In this document: piece by piece, positions 9,717 through 19,246 of the stretch
Layout: each line of letters starts with the position of its first letter
Numbering within the stretch: position 1 is the first letter of the stretch
Sequence record: MT710307.1
Direction: 5' to 3' (one strand)
DNA length: 64,000 bases
Notes under the pieces: model-generated
Database searches by the model: none
Told to the model about the DNA's origin: nothing
Seen by the model: the letters and a program-made list of their open reading frames with translations, nothing else
Made by a program: the position numbers and the translations under genes

Positions 9717-11216
9717 ATGGCAGGTCCAGCAAAACAAGTCATGGGTGAAGTGATTCGTCCACGCTTTAACGTCTTCACCATTATGGATCATGCGCTTGGT
9801 ACGTATGTGAAAGGTGAGGACGGCCTCTACTACCTGAACGGTGGTTTTGCCCACATCATGGGCTTTGCGGGTCGCGGTAACACCTTTAAGTCGACGCTGA
9901 TGGATTTCTGCATCTTCCAGATGCTTATCCGCTATAGCGCTGAATGGGGGTCGAAGTTCGATACCGAAGTCTCCGCAGCACTCGACCGCTTGGAGCAGGG
10001 GTATATCTCTGCGCAGAAAGCCAACGGTATTGACGACGGTACGTCTGTACTGAGCCTCATCGAAGAAGGCCGCTATAACCTCGTCGGCTCCGATGTGATG
10101 CCGGGCGAAGAGTATTACGCCAACTACATCCGTGATGAAGTAGAAGGTCGCTTTAAAGCGTACATGGGTGGCAAGAATGTGCGTGAAACGCCGTTCCCTG
10201 ATCCGGTACGCAAACGCAATAAGACCATGAATGACCCATGGTATTATTCCATCGACTCCCTGTCTGAATGGCACTCGTCTAAGATTGAAGACAAGCACGC
10301 CGAAACCAAAGTCGGTGATTCAGAGCAGAACGCCCTGAACATGCGTGACTCACTGGAGAAATCCAACATGATGTCACGTTGGCCGTCAGCACTGGCTCGT
10401 GGTGGCTTCTTCTTAGCCTTTGTTGCCCAGCTGGCGGATGACTCCGGCAAAGCAATGTCGCAGGGCGGTAGTAAAGCGAAACCGGCTAATGCCAAACTGC
10501 TGGATGATGCGGGCGATGATCTGAAATTCGCTGGCATCCCACGTCGTCAGATTTCCTTCCTGACCAACTCCCTGCTGGTTGCGACCAAGTCCGGTGAGCT
10601 GAAACACGAAGGCAGCTACGACGCGAAGACCGGCGTTAACGAAGAGTTGTACCCGACCAAACGTTCGAAGGCAATGAACGCCTCGGTGAACGACCTGAAA
10701 GAAATCGTCTTCACACAGTATCGTGCGAAGGGCGGCCATACCGGTGTGAAATTCCGTATGGTGTTCTCTCAGGAGATGGGTCTGCTGTATCACCTCTCGC
10801 TGTGGCATTACCTCGATAAGGTACTGAAAACCGAATACGGTTACACCAGTGCTGGTTCCGGTGGCGCTATCAAAGAGCTGGCGATTCTGCCGGGTCTCAA
10901 GTTCGGTCGTACAACGGTTCGTGACCTCTGCGATGAGAACGTGCGTCTACGTCGTGCACTGGAAATTACCTCTGCATTGGCGTACATGCAGAACAACTAC
11001 CACCGTCTGGAAATGAAGTATCACATCACTCCTCAGGAATTGTATGAGAAGATCAACGAAAAGTGGGACTGGGACGAGATTCTGGATAACACCGTTGAGT
11101 ATTGGATGTTCAAAGACCAGGAAGTCAAAGGTGGTAAACGCACACTGACAGCAATGAGTCTGCTGGCAATGGCGGTGGATGGTCTGGAACCGAAGTTCTT
11201 AACCAAGAAAAAGTAA
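9717..11216 (+). CDS. uvsX: RecA/UvsX-like recombinase (phiKZ-type)
   Basis: Walker A-like GFAGRGNTFKST, FDTE motif and Walker B-like YYSIDSLS. The size (499 aa) and position next to the RNAP beta-C gene fit the phiKZ-like layout. Confidence 0.75.
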   Translation: MAGPAKQVMGEVIRPRFNVFTIMDHALGTYVKGEDGLYYLNGGFAHIMGFAGRGNTFKSTLMDFCIFQMLIRYSAEWGSKFDTEVSAALDRLEQGYISAQKANGIDDGTSVLSLIEEGRYNLVGSDVMPGEEYYANYIRDEVEGRFKAYMGGKNVRETPFPDPVRKRNKTMNDPWYYSIDSLSEWHSSKIEDKHAETKVGDSEQNALNMRDSLEKSNMMSRWPSALARGGFFLAFVAQLADDSGKAMSQGGSKAKPANAKLLDDAGDDLKFAGIPRRQISFLTNSLLVATKSGELKHEGSYDAKTGVNEELYPTKRSKAMNASVNDLKEIVFTQYRAKGGHTGVKFRMVFSQEMGLLYHLSLWHYLDKVLKTEYGYTSAGSGGAIKELAILPGLKFGRTTVRDLCDENVRLRRALEITSALAYMQNNYHRLEMKYHITPQELYEKINEKWDWDEILDNTVEYWMFKDQEVKGGKRTLTAMSLLAMAVDGLEPKFLTKKK

Positions 11217-11256
11217 TCTGTTGTGGCGGGGCAACCCGCCACTTGAGGAGCAACCC

Positions 11257-11538
11257 ATGCGTTATCAAAATGATATTGTCGAGCGGTTGCGTCAAGGTAT
11301 TGCAGCAGTAAATCGTGAGGTGAGTGATCAGCTGGTTGTTGAGCTGAGTAAACCCCACCACAACCTCTCCGATTTTGCACAGTGTACGAATCAATTCTAC
11401 ACCAAGCTGCTCGGTACAAACGGCGCTAACCAAAACGCATTCAGTATTCCTGAGAATACGGATGCTATCCCTTTCTGGATTGAAGATCTGGAATCCGCAG
11501 TCTTGCCTGTCCTGCGTGTTGCGGGGGCAATGAGATGA
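11257..11538 (+). CDS. Hypothetical protein
   Basis: GAGGAG RBS before ATG 11257, after a GTGGCGGG-GCAA-CCCGCCAC hairpin. Confidence 0.7.
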   Translation: MRYQNDIVERLRQGIAAVNREVSDQLVVELSKPHHNLSDFAQCTNQFYTKLLGTNGANQNAFSIPENTDAIPFWIEDLESAVLPVLRVAGAMR

Positions 11539-12203
11539 AATTAGATCCTGCACGCCGTAAGAAGGCCGAAGCGTTTATCTATCAGCTGTTAACACTCATC
11601 GACCCGTCAGGGATTAACACCGAAGCCGCGAAAGCGTCACTACCGGGGTTAAGCGACGAGGACTTTAACAAGCTACGCCACGGCATTCCGATTTATAACC
11701 CGGCGGGCAGTAAGGTGCAAATCGACCACATGCGCAACGTAGAAATTTGTCGTGCATTGGGGTTGGAGTTGTGCCAGCGTCTGTACTTTACGGAACCGAA
11801 GACGGGCTTAGTGCACCGGACTCGTTGGCCGCATATTGTCGTACCCTTACCGGTGCGCCGACAGACGCAGATGCGAGAAAAGAAAATTGCTGTTGCGAAG
11901 AACGACCGTGTTCGCGACAAACTCTCTGGCCAAGTGGTCGGCCCATCCAAAGCGTCCGGGGTATCTTTCCCTGAGTCGTACATTATGTTCTCGGATGGTC
12001 TGGACAACAGCTTGGAAGAGTTCTTGCATGCGCGTGGAGGGAATGAAGCACTGCAACGTGCGTTCTACCAATCCATCCGACAAACTGGCCAAGGCCGTAT
12101 CAAGATACCCGGTGCCGAACGCACCTCCAGTAAAGCCACTCGTACGTGGAGTGCCTATTACAAAGCCATGGGTATCGGTAACAACATAGGTTCCCCGCAA
12201 TGA
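11535..12203 (+). CDS. Virion RNA polymerase beta subunit, C-terminal part
   Basis: RRQTQMREKK...RDKLSGQVVGPSKASGVSFPESYIMFSDGLDNSLEEFLHARGGN aligns with the RpoB C-terminal region (TQQP..G.A..GG.RFGEME...L.E.L). A separate beta-C gene is established for phiKZ-like phages. Confidence 0.8.
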   Translation: MKLDPARRKKAEAFIYQLLTLIDPSGINTEAAKASLPGLSDEDFNKLRHGIPIYNPAGSKVQIDHMRNVEICRALGLELCQRLYFTEPKTGLVHRTRWPHIVVPLPVRRQTQMREKKIAVAKNDRVRDKLSGQVVGPSKASGVSFPESYIMFSDGLDNSLEEFLHARGGNEALQRAFYQSIRQTGQGRIKIPGAERTSSKATRTWSAYYKAMGIGNNIGSPQ

Positions 12204-12928
12204 GAACAGGACGTCGCTATCTGGTAGATATAGATACACTTTTCGACACCCGCTTAGGTTGGGCGAAGGTCATTGCACCTGAGGCGTTGGAGAAGCTCGA
12301 GTTAGATGCTTTTCGTAAACGTCACACCGATATCTGGGCAGAAGCGATTGGTATCCAAAACTGGTCCGAACAACTCAAACAACGTGACAAGCGCGCGTTG
12401 TTCATGTCAGACCCGACAGAGTTTCTGTTAGGTTTGAAGAATCAGGTGCTCGTTGACTTGACCACATTAGTAATGTCGTCGCCTATTGACCGACCGACTG
12501 TTACGATTAACATGTGGCCTTACACCGACCTCACGGCTGAACAATCGGATGCGTTCTTACAGAACTTCCGTCAGCTGTACAACGAGGTTAAGGTGGACAT
12601 GGTCTATATCGATCACAAAGATCTTTCACCCGGACGTCTCGACAGTATGTGGGACATCTGGTACATGTTCGACTGGTTTAATTGGGTCACTGTCCACGCG
12701 GGAAATTTTGCGAAAAAAATACCCCAGTTTAAAATCCACCCGCCAGCGTTGCTGACGGACGGACTTACGACTGAGGCGATTGAAGCGATAGAGCGCGATG
12801 GGGTTAATCCGTTCAGCGCCCTGACCCGGTTCATGGAAGAACTGGTCACTATCGATCCGGTGGATGCCCGGCTGTATTCTATTCTTCGTCCCCTGAACCC
12901 CCCGGACGAGCAAACGCCACAGCCATAA
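12200..12928 (+). CDS. Conserved hypothetical protein with HAD-like N-terminal DxD (YLVDIDTLFDTR)
   Basis: 242 aa, ATGA-coupled to the RNAP subunit. Confidence 0.65.
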   Translation: MRTGRRYLVDIDTLFDTRLGWAKVIAPEALEKLELDAFRKRHTDIWAEAIGIQNWSEQLKQRDKRALFMSDPTEFLLGLKNQVLVDLTTLVMSSPIDRPTVTINMWPYTDLTAEQSDAFLQNFRQLYNEVKVDMVYIDHKDLSPGRLDSMWDIWYMFDWFNWVTVHAGNFAKKIPQFKIHPPALLTDGLTTEAIEAIERDGVNPFSALTRFMEELVTIDPVDARLYSILRPLNPPDEQTPQP

Positions 12929-13343
12929 TGGCATTCACGTCAATCTTTTCGCCAACGGGTGCCAGCTCGCCTTCTTTGTGTTCCTGTTTGGGAACGTTAG
13001 GAAGCGCGGGTTGGTACCCGGTGTTTTCTTCACTGTTATCGTCGTGACGTTGGATGCGCACACCCGGACGACCAAGCACGACCGAGTTCAGCGCATTGGC
13101 GACGTCTTGTGCAGCACCGGCTGTTTTCTGGGCGGCTTCGGCACGACGCTTACCGAGGATTTGTCTGTCGACACCCGACAGCATTTTCTCAAGGGAGTTG
13201 ACGAGGTCTTTGTCTTTGTGGACATTGTCGTCTTCCATGATGAGGTTAGCCACGCGAATACGGGCTTGACGGGTTTGGCGGAGAAGCGACTCTTCGTCAT
13301 CAACATCTCCGTCGAAGGCTTGGTACTTCACTTCTTCGCTCAT
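12879..13343 (-). CDS. Hypothetical protein (coiled-coil-rich)
   Basis: GAGGA RBS, 154 aa, 50-nt tail-to-tail overlap with the previous gene. Confidence 0.7.
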   Translation of the reverse strand: MSEEVKYQAFDGDVDDEESLLRQTRQARIRVANLIMEDDNVHKDKDLVNSLEKMLSGVDRQILGKRRAEAAQKTAGAAQDVANALNSVVLGRPGVRIQRHDDNSEENTGYQPALPNVPKQEHKEGELAPVGEKIDVNAIMAVAFARPGGSGDEE

Positions 13344-13371
13344 GGGTATTCCTCTTTTTAAAAAAGAACTC

Positions 13372-13393
13372 AGACAGATATTATCTTGATGAG
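13372..13393 (+). promoter_or_regulatory. Phage early promoter motif
   Basis: AGACAGATATTATCTTGATGAG preceded by TTTTTAAAAAA. Confidence 0.7.
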
Positions 13394-13417
13394 ATTATCT
13401 CAACTAAGGATCAACTT

Positions 13418-13951
13418 ATGTTGTTCGAATGGCTCACGTTTCCTTTAAAGCGATACGCCCATAAGCGGCGTAGAAGCTATTTAGAGGCCGAGTTCCATAA
13501 GAATACCCAGAATACTTATCAGAGGGTCCTAATAGGCTTAGCGTTGCTTACAGAACCTCTGGAGTATAACGATAATACTTACCGTAGTATTGACCTGATG
13601 GGTAATCTGGAACTCCGGTGTAAAAGCTTCGACATTGTTCATCAGCGGTTTGCGTTTCTGCTGCGTGAATACGATCGGGTGCTGAACACCACTGGACGCA
13701 ATCCAGACTGGAGTCCCTATCCTGCGGTGATTGACACCCAACAGGATAAACCGATGTTGCGTTGGTTCGATGAGTATTTCGGAACAAGCAGCACGGATGT
13801 CGTACGGCAGAAGTTACGTCGAACGTACGAACTGTTAGAAACTTATCGAGACGTATACAGCAGTAAAACCAACCCAGAACAAGATGTGCTGTTTAACTTG
13901 ACACGCCATCTCGTTCGTGAGTTAGAGACCATAGTGGAACACTACCTCTAA
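13418..13951 (+). CDS. Hypothetical protein
   Basis: AAGGA RBS, 177 aa. Confidence 0.7.
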   Translation: MLFEWLTFPLKRYAHKRRRSYLEAEFHKNTQNTYQRVLIGLALLTEPLEYNDNTYRSIDLMGNLELRCKSFDIVHQRFAFLLREYDRVLNTTGRNPDWSPYPAVIDTQQDKPMLRWFDEYFGTSSTDVVRQKLRRTYELLETYRDVYSSKTNPEQDVLFNLTRHLVRELETIVEHYL

Positions 13952-13982
13952 TCCGTTCATCTCCTTGGAACAAGGGCGAACT

Positions 13983-14825
13983 ATGAGTAAGAAAAATAGC
14001 AAGTTGAAAAAGTTGCTGGCAGAAGGCGTCCCAGACGATACTCCCATTGGGATATACCTTCGTACAGCGTACTGGAATCTCGTGAAACACGAAATGCGTT
14101 TAGCTCCGGTGGACTGGATGGTGTTGTTGAAAGCGTACGTGGCGGATGAACGCTTCGTGGGTCGTTCAACAGCAGAGCCAAAGGAGCGTGAAAGTCGGCT
14201 GATTAACGCCTTAACCGGTGGTTCGGTAAGGGGTGTCAGTGTGGACTTCACTTGGGTGCGATTCATTGAAAGTTTGGTGATGTTGCGCATCGAAACGTTA
14301 ACGTTAACTGCGAAAGCAACCCGTGGTAAGTTTGGGGCAGCGAAGATCGTGCACGCTTCGTGTAATCCCAAACAAGAACTGCTACGGATTGTGGACGGGG
14401 AAATGGACGAAGACCTGAAAGGGTCGGCGAGTCAAACGTTAAACGCGTTCTTCAAAGACCGGCAGCGTACAGCGTCGCAGGTCATGGAGCACATCTTACT
14501 CAAGGTCTTATGGAGCTTCTTTGTTGAATACAACATCGACTCTGAGATGTGGCGCAAACTGTCAACGGCTTATGTTAATAACCCGAAGAACTGTCCGGCG
14601 TTGTCTAACCGACGCAACGACAAACGACACAATCTGCAATCGGCTATTCGTTACACGAAGAAGATTTCTTGGAAGAAGTTCCTTGAAGCGCTGAAAGCGA
14701 TTGATGTTCGTGAGTTTCGTTGTGCGTTCTTGTGTACCAACGACAAGAACCAGTCCTTCGAGACAGAAATCGTCGTTGACCTAACCCAACTCGTTTTCTG
14801 GAGTAACCGCAATGAGTCTGAATAA
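13983..14825 (+). CDS. Hypothetical basic protein with apparent internal duplication
   Basis: 280 aa from ATG 13983. The two halves echo each other (W..LLKAYV...RL..AL...F.W.RF.E.L versus WRKLSTAYV...NLQSAI...ISWKKFLEAL). Confidence 0.7.
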   Translation: MSKKNSKLKKLLAEGVPDDTPIGIYLRTAYWNLVKHEMRLAPVDWMVLLKAYVADERFVGRSTAEPKERESRLINALTGGSVRGVSVDFTWVRFIESLVMLRIETLTLTAKATRGKFGAAKIVHASCNPKQELLRIVDGEMDEDLKGSASQTLNAFFKDRQRTASQVMEHILLKVLWSFFVEYNIDSEMWRKLSTAYVNNPKNCPALSNRRNDKRHNLQSAIRYTKKISWKKFLEALKAIDVREFRCAFLCTNDKNQSFETEIVVDLTQLVFWSNRNESE

Positions 14826-16140
14826 ACTGGGCGGGTTTTCTAACTCGCTTGAAAGCAAAGCGAGCGGTGCGATCGACCGGGTCAACAATGTCCAAAACGC
14901 GGCGGTGAACACAGTCAATAATGTACAGAACGGGGTGAACAACGCCGTTAACACTGTACAGAACACCGTAGACAGTGCAGAGCGGGGGATTCAATCCGCT
15001 CAGAACCTCTACAACGACAGTGTGGAAAAAGCCGGGAAAGCCTATGACAGCCTGACCAGTGGGGCCAGCACTATCAAGGAGAAACTCGGTAACCTGTTTG
15101 GGGGTAGCGACTTAGCCACCTCTAACGCGGTCAAGGCACCGGGTTCGGCAGAATCGGGGACATCACCCGGTAGCCGTATCGCAGGCTTCTCAACCGATCC
15201 GAAAGAAACGCTCCCGAGCATCAACCCATTAAACCGTGAAGTGGCCGAACCGTTCAAGCCCAAGAACGAAGCCGCTAACGGGGTGCTCGACTACCTGAAA
15301 CCCGGTAAGGCAGGCAGTCTGCTGTCGCAAGGGTTCAGTAAGCTTACCGCGTTACGTGACAGTGCGCTGAGTGCGGTTGGTACCGACTATGCTTCCGTCA
15401 AGAAGCGCATTGAGTCGACCATGCAAGTCGCCGGTCAGTTAGCCCGTCTTCCGGGTGAGGTGCAGCAAGAGATTAACTCGTACGTCTCTGCGGTTAACCA
15501 AACCCGTAACGAAATCACCGCGGTAATTGATGGGGCAACCCAAACCTTCAAGTCCTTCAAAGACTTCGATGATTATCTGGCAATCGACAGTTTCATTGAA
15601 AGCTTCAAAGGCAGTAACAGTCTGGCCAATTTTGATATTGGCACAACCTCTGGTCTCATCTACGGCTTATCCAGCAAACTGTCTGAGTACGGTCTGCCGG
15701 AGAAAACCGTGTCCATGGTCGATGCCATTACCGACCCGGTTGCCAAACGCGCCATGTACGGCGAGTTGATGGTGCAAGCGGCAAGTGTCGGAAACATTGA
15801 CACCGTGGAGTTCTACCTGACCAAACTCGAACCCGGCCAAGGGTTGGAGCTGGCGAACGATGTTATCCAGAAATTGTTCGGGAGCCTGCAAGTCGACACT
15901 GGCGTAGGATTGAAATCTTACGGCACCCGCTTGCTGAGCATCTGTAATTCACTCGATCCGAAATGGGACAAGACGAAAGTCGCCCCAGTGCGTACCGAGT
16001 TGCTGAATTACACGTACTGCAATATCAATGCATTGCAGGCACTGTTAACGACTGACAAACGCAAGTATGTGTGCGCGGCAGGTAGCCGTCGTTTGCAACG
16101 TGCGGATGTGTTAGTCAATCAGTTCTTCCCGGCAGCCTGA
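14812..16140 (+). CDS. Probable virion structural protein with N-terminal Asn/Val/Gln repeats
   Basis: 442 aa, starting with VNNVQNAAVNTVNNVQNGVNNAVNTVQNTVD. Confidence 0.65.
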   Translation: MSLNKLGGFSNSLESKASGAIDRVNNVQNAAVNTVNNVQNGVNNAVNTVQNTVDSAERGIQSAQNLYNDSVEKAGKAYDSLTSGASTIKEKLGNLFGGSDLATSNAVKAPGSAESGTSPGSRIAGFSTDPKETLPSINPLNREVAEPFKPKNEAANGVLDYLKPGKAGSLLSQGFSKLTALRDSALSAVGTDYASVKKRIESTMQVAGQLARLPGEVQQEINSYVSAVNQTRNEITAVIDGATQTFKSFKDFDDYLAIDSFIESFKGSNSLANFDIGTTSGLIYGLSSKLSEYGLPEKTVSMVDAITDPVAKRAMYGELMVQAASVGNIDTVEFYLTKLEPGQGLELANDVIQKLFGSLQVDTGVGLKSYGTRLLSICNSLDPKWDKTKVAPVRTELLNYTYCNINALQALLTTDKRKYVCAAGSRRLQRADVLVNQFFPAA

Positions 16141-16152
16141 AGGTAAAAGATT

Positions 16153-17187
16153 ATGACAAACGTTGAAATGAGAGAACTACGTGACCTGATTGCTCTGGTA
16201 CGTGGTTCGGACTGGGAACCCGAAGTACGCGATCGCATTGCTGCCCGATTAATACTGGCTCAGCTTCAGGGGCCAAACTGGACACATGCGTTCAACAAAT
16301 CACTGCCACTCGAACAACGGGTGATGGGGTTTGATTCATCCGCAATGGATAGAACGTTAGCGAGCAGACTGGCGACATCGCTGGGCTTATCGTTGGTCGA
16401 GCAAATCGGCCAGTTCGATCCACGCTGGTTTGATGGGGAACTTTCCTACCTGTCTGCGAACCCCCAGTTCCGTGAGAAGATTGTGCGTCGTTTACGCTCA
16501 GTCGGTTACCGGAGTCTGGCCACAGACAAGATTCCGTCTACGGACGGACTCAACCATTACAACATTTATTCGCAGTCTCGCAACCCGGTAGGTCAATTGG
16601 CAAGTAACTTTGCCTCCAATCCTGATGGGTCGTACTTCGACACACCACATGGCCCGTATCGCACGCTGGAAGGGTATTACCATGTCCTGCGTGTACTGGA
16701 TTACTTTCTGTACATTGATGCTGAGGAGAAGATTTCTGATTACCCTCTCTATCAGTTCAACGGCAATCCTATCGAGCGCGATCTGTTCATCCTCGAATGC
16801 TTCAGCATGAAGTTTCCTGAGATTGACAGAATGCGGGAGGTTGATGGGGCAGAAGGAATACGGACTGGTCGGGTGTTGAAGAAGGCTGTTTACGGTGGGT
16901 CACGTTACCGTCCGGGTGCATTCTCTGAGCACGTCGAGCGCTGTTTTATGAAGGCGGTCGTGCACAAGTTGCATAAACTTAAACTGGATGGCGTGTGTCT
17001 TGGGAATATCATGGCGGAGATTCATCAGCAGGGTATTCCATTTGAGCACTACTACGTGATGAACGGGAAGATTCACATTCCAAACCATGCGGACTGGTTA
17101 CCCGGTCTGTATACGCGGATTGTGGAAAACATCGACCCGTATGCCGTGGACTTCGACCCAGAGGACGTCATCAAACAACTGGGGTAA
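16153..17187 (+). CDS. NADAR-like domain protein (T4 gp30.3-like)
   Basis: YNIYSQSRNPVGQLASNFA...F..PHG.YRTLEGYYHVLRV and DGAEGIRTGR match T4 gp30.3 (LEIRSNFRWP..ALSNFA..F..G..F.GLEGFLQGCKV; SGLAAQQAGR), recalled from memory. Confidence 0.65.
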   Translation: MTNVEMRELRDLIALVRGSDWEPEVRDRIAARLILAQLQGPNWTHAFNKSLPLEQRVMGFDSSAMDRTLASRLATSLGLSLVEQIGQFDPRWFDGELSYLSANPQFREKIVRRLRSVGYRSLATDKIPSTDGLNHYNIYSQSRNPVGQLASNFASNPDGSYFDTPHGPYRTLEGYYHVLRVLDYFLYIDAEEKISDYPLYQFNGNPIERDLFILECFSMKFPEIDRMREVDGAEGIRTGRVLKKAVYGGSRYRPGAFSEHVERCFMKAVVHKLHKLKLDGVCLGNIMAEIHQQGIPFEHYYVMNGKIHIPNHADWLPGLYTRIVENIDPYAVDFDPEDVIKQLG

Positions 17188-17193
17188 ATCGAT

Positions 17194-17853
17194 ATGTCAT
17201 TTCTTGACACCATTGATGAACTGGAACGGGGTGAAGAAGAAGGTGTCATGAAAGTGGCACGGGAATCTATCTCGACCGAAACTGAGAAAGAGTATTGTCT
17301 TTGGGTGAAGCCCACTGCGGAAGGCTGGGAGTGGCTACGTGAGCAACAGGCGTCGATGTACATTGATACCCTGATGCCCATTAACCGTGGCAAGCGCCGT
17401 GTGCGGTTAACCGAAGACCATAAAGCCGTGCTGACCGTGAAGCGTTTTGCTGACGAAGGGTGTATCGAAGAGAACTCCGATATCGGGTTTGATACGGCAC
17501 TCACCTTCTATCAGGATGACTTCGTGTCGCATTTGGTCAAACGCATCCATTTACCCGCGGGTGAGTTAGAAGCCAAAGGCGGTAAGCATTGGGACATCGA
17601 CGTGTTCTATCGTGCCGGTGGTCATCCACAGCTGCTGAACGCAGACGACTACGACGCACTGCTCAACACCATGAAGCAGGGCAGTTCGTACGGCGAGTGG
17701 GTGAAGGTGGAGTTGGAAGTAGAACGGTTTGAAATGGAATCGATTCGCGAACACATTCCGTTTGCGGTTGAAGACGTCATTCCGTCGCGTCCAACCAAGC
17801 CCGAAGACCAGGAGTTCATTCGCAACTACTGGGACGTGGACACACGTCTGTAA
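17194..17853 (+). CDS. CYTH-domain (adenylate cyclase/triphosphatase-like) protein
   Basis: N-terminal E-x-E (EKEY), RRVRL, LTVK, WDIDVF and VKVELEV motifs. Confidence 0.75.
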   Translation: MSFLDTIDELERGEEEGVMKVARESISTETEKEYCLWVKPTAEGWEWLREQQASMYIDTLMPINRGKRRVRLTEDHKAVLTVKRFADEGCIEENSDIGFDTALTFYQDDFVSHLVKRIHLPAGELEAKGGKHWDIDVFYRAGGHPQLLNADDYDALLNTMKQGSSYGEWVKVELEVERFEMESIREHIPFAVEDVIPSRPTKPEDQEFIRNYWDVDTRL

Positions 17854-17859
17854 TAGATG

Positions 17860-17895
17860 ACCACTCCTTCGGGAGTGGTTTTCTTTTTTCTTTTT
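17860..17895 (+). terminator. Intrinsic terminator
   Basis: ACCACTCC-TTCG-GGAGTGGT followed by a T-tract. Confidence 0.9.
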
Positions 17896-17940
17896 ACATC
17901 ATGTTGGCTAACTATGTAGAAATCCTAGGGAATAACTAAA

Positions 17941-18369
17941 ATGAATACACTGTCTTTCGAAGCGGGTAAAGGGTTAAGCGTTAACGGGCATCTGGTACCG
18001 GACACCAACAACCACCATTTTGAAAAGCTCTACCGTCGTATCGGGGTAGGGCGTAAGGTCAACCTGAAAATCACCAACGAGATTGCCCTCAATGGCAACG
18101 TGGCGGCTTTAGGTCCGATGTATGGCTTCCGTCCAAGCCAAGACGCAGCTGCTGCCCTGTTGCAGCACGGTGAGTTTAGCAGCGGTGTGTACGCGTTCCG
18201 TTTACTCGGTTCGCTGCGTCGCGTGTCGAACAAACACGTTGGTCAGGGCATGACACCAACCGTTTTACAGAGCGGTGAGATTATTGTCCTCGTACATTCC
18301 AATCACGAATATAAGTCGGGTTTGGATTTCATGATTAGCTATTCCGAAGTGGAGAGTGCAGATGTCTGA
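17941..18369 (+). CDS. Hypothetical protein
   Basis: 142 aa after the terminator, with AGGGA RBS. Confidence 0.7.
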   Translation: MNTLSFEAGKGLSVNGHLVPDTNNHHFEKLYRRIGVGRKVNLKITNEIALNGNVAALGPMYGFRPSQDAAAALLQHGEFSSGVYAFRLLGSLRRVSNKHVGQGMTPTVLQSGEIIVLVHSNHEYKSGLDFMISYSEVESADV

Positions 18370-19246
18370 TAGAACTTACCCTGTCTTAAAGAACTTTGAA
18401 CGTGTCGATGTGTGGAACACCAATTCCGACATTTATCGTCACGGTAATGTGCATCAGCAGTCACTGAAAATGTATCGCCATCTTGGTGAGCTGTGTGAAG
18501 GTGTCCAGAAAATGAAACAGCTGGACGTGGCCTCCGCGATGGGTAAATTTGTGGTGGCGCTGGTCGGTGTGGCCTCCTTCGCAGGGGTCGACGCAGAGGA
18601 GCTGGATGGGCTTTACAGCTACGCAGGCAGAAAAGCTACTCCATGTACCCCAGCGCAAGCTGCGTGCAATCTGGTGCGTTCTACGACCTCTATGGTCAAC
18701 GATATCAACCAGTGGTTATCTCCGGCGGGTACAGAGATGGCCAGAGCGATTGCAACGTCCTCTATCTGCGAAGTTTTCTGTTTGCTCAAGCAGAACGCTT
18801 CCCTGAATGCGGTGGTGTTAGACCGCACGATTGAGAACGCCACGAACTGTCTTCTGAAAAAGACCGGTAAGATGGACGAGTTCGGCATCTTCCATCCCGA
18901 GGCAGTTGAGCCTACCCGCCTCGGCGGCGAAGTAACAGCGCGGGGTGAAGCGCTCTGGGCTAAACAGTTTATCCTCAACGGGTTGAAAGGACGGTTCGCC
19001 GAACTGACCGTTCGCTTTCAGTTTGAAGTCGTGGGCGACGACATCTCCGAGGTGATTGAGCGGGACATGAATGTCAAACTCAAGGAGCTGTTAGAGAAAC
19101 ATGTCATGCGGAAGCCTGAGTACCGCCATCTCATGAACGACCGCAAGCCCGCAATCGTCGCGGTGAAGAACCATGATCAACTTGAGGTTCTCCCTAACGA
19201 CGATCTCAAGGAACTGCTCAACGAATTAGAAAAGGTAACCGGCTGA
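18362..19246 (+). CDS. Degenerate MazG-like (all-alpha NTP-PPase fold) protein with C-terminal extension
   Basis: W.T...I...[13 protein letters not shown]...[13 protein letters not shown] and [25 protein letters not shown] follow the MazG-like pattern, but acidic metal ligands are replaced. Confidence 0.55.
   Translation: MSDRTYPVLKNFERVDVWNTNSDIYRHGNVHQQSLKMYRHLGELCEGVQKMKQLDVASAMGKFVVALVGVASFAGVDAEELDGLYSYAGRKATPCTPAQAACNLVRSTTSMVNDINQWLSPAGTEMARAIATSSICEVFCLLKQNASLNAVVLDRTIENATNCLLKKTGKMDEFGIFHPEAVEPTRLGGEVTARGEALWAKQFILNGLKGRFAELTVRFQFEVVGDDISEVIERDMNVKLKELLEKHVMRKPEYRHLMNDRKPAIVAVKNHDQLEVLPNDDLKELLNELEKVTG

Noticed and set aside
12879-13343. Possible small terminase subunit (helical, 154 aa)
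   Set aside because: Only the size and helical character fit. There is no motif and it is not adjacent to terL.
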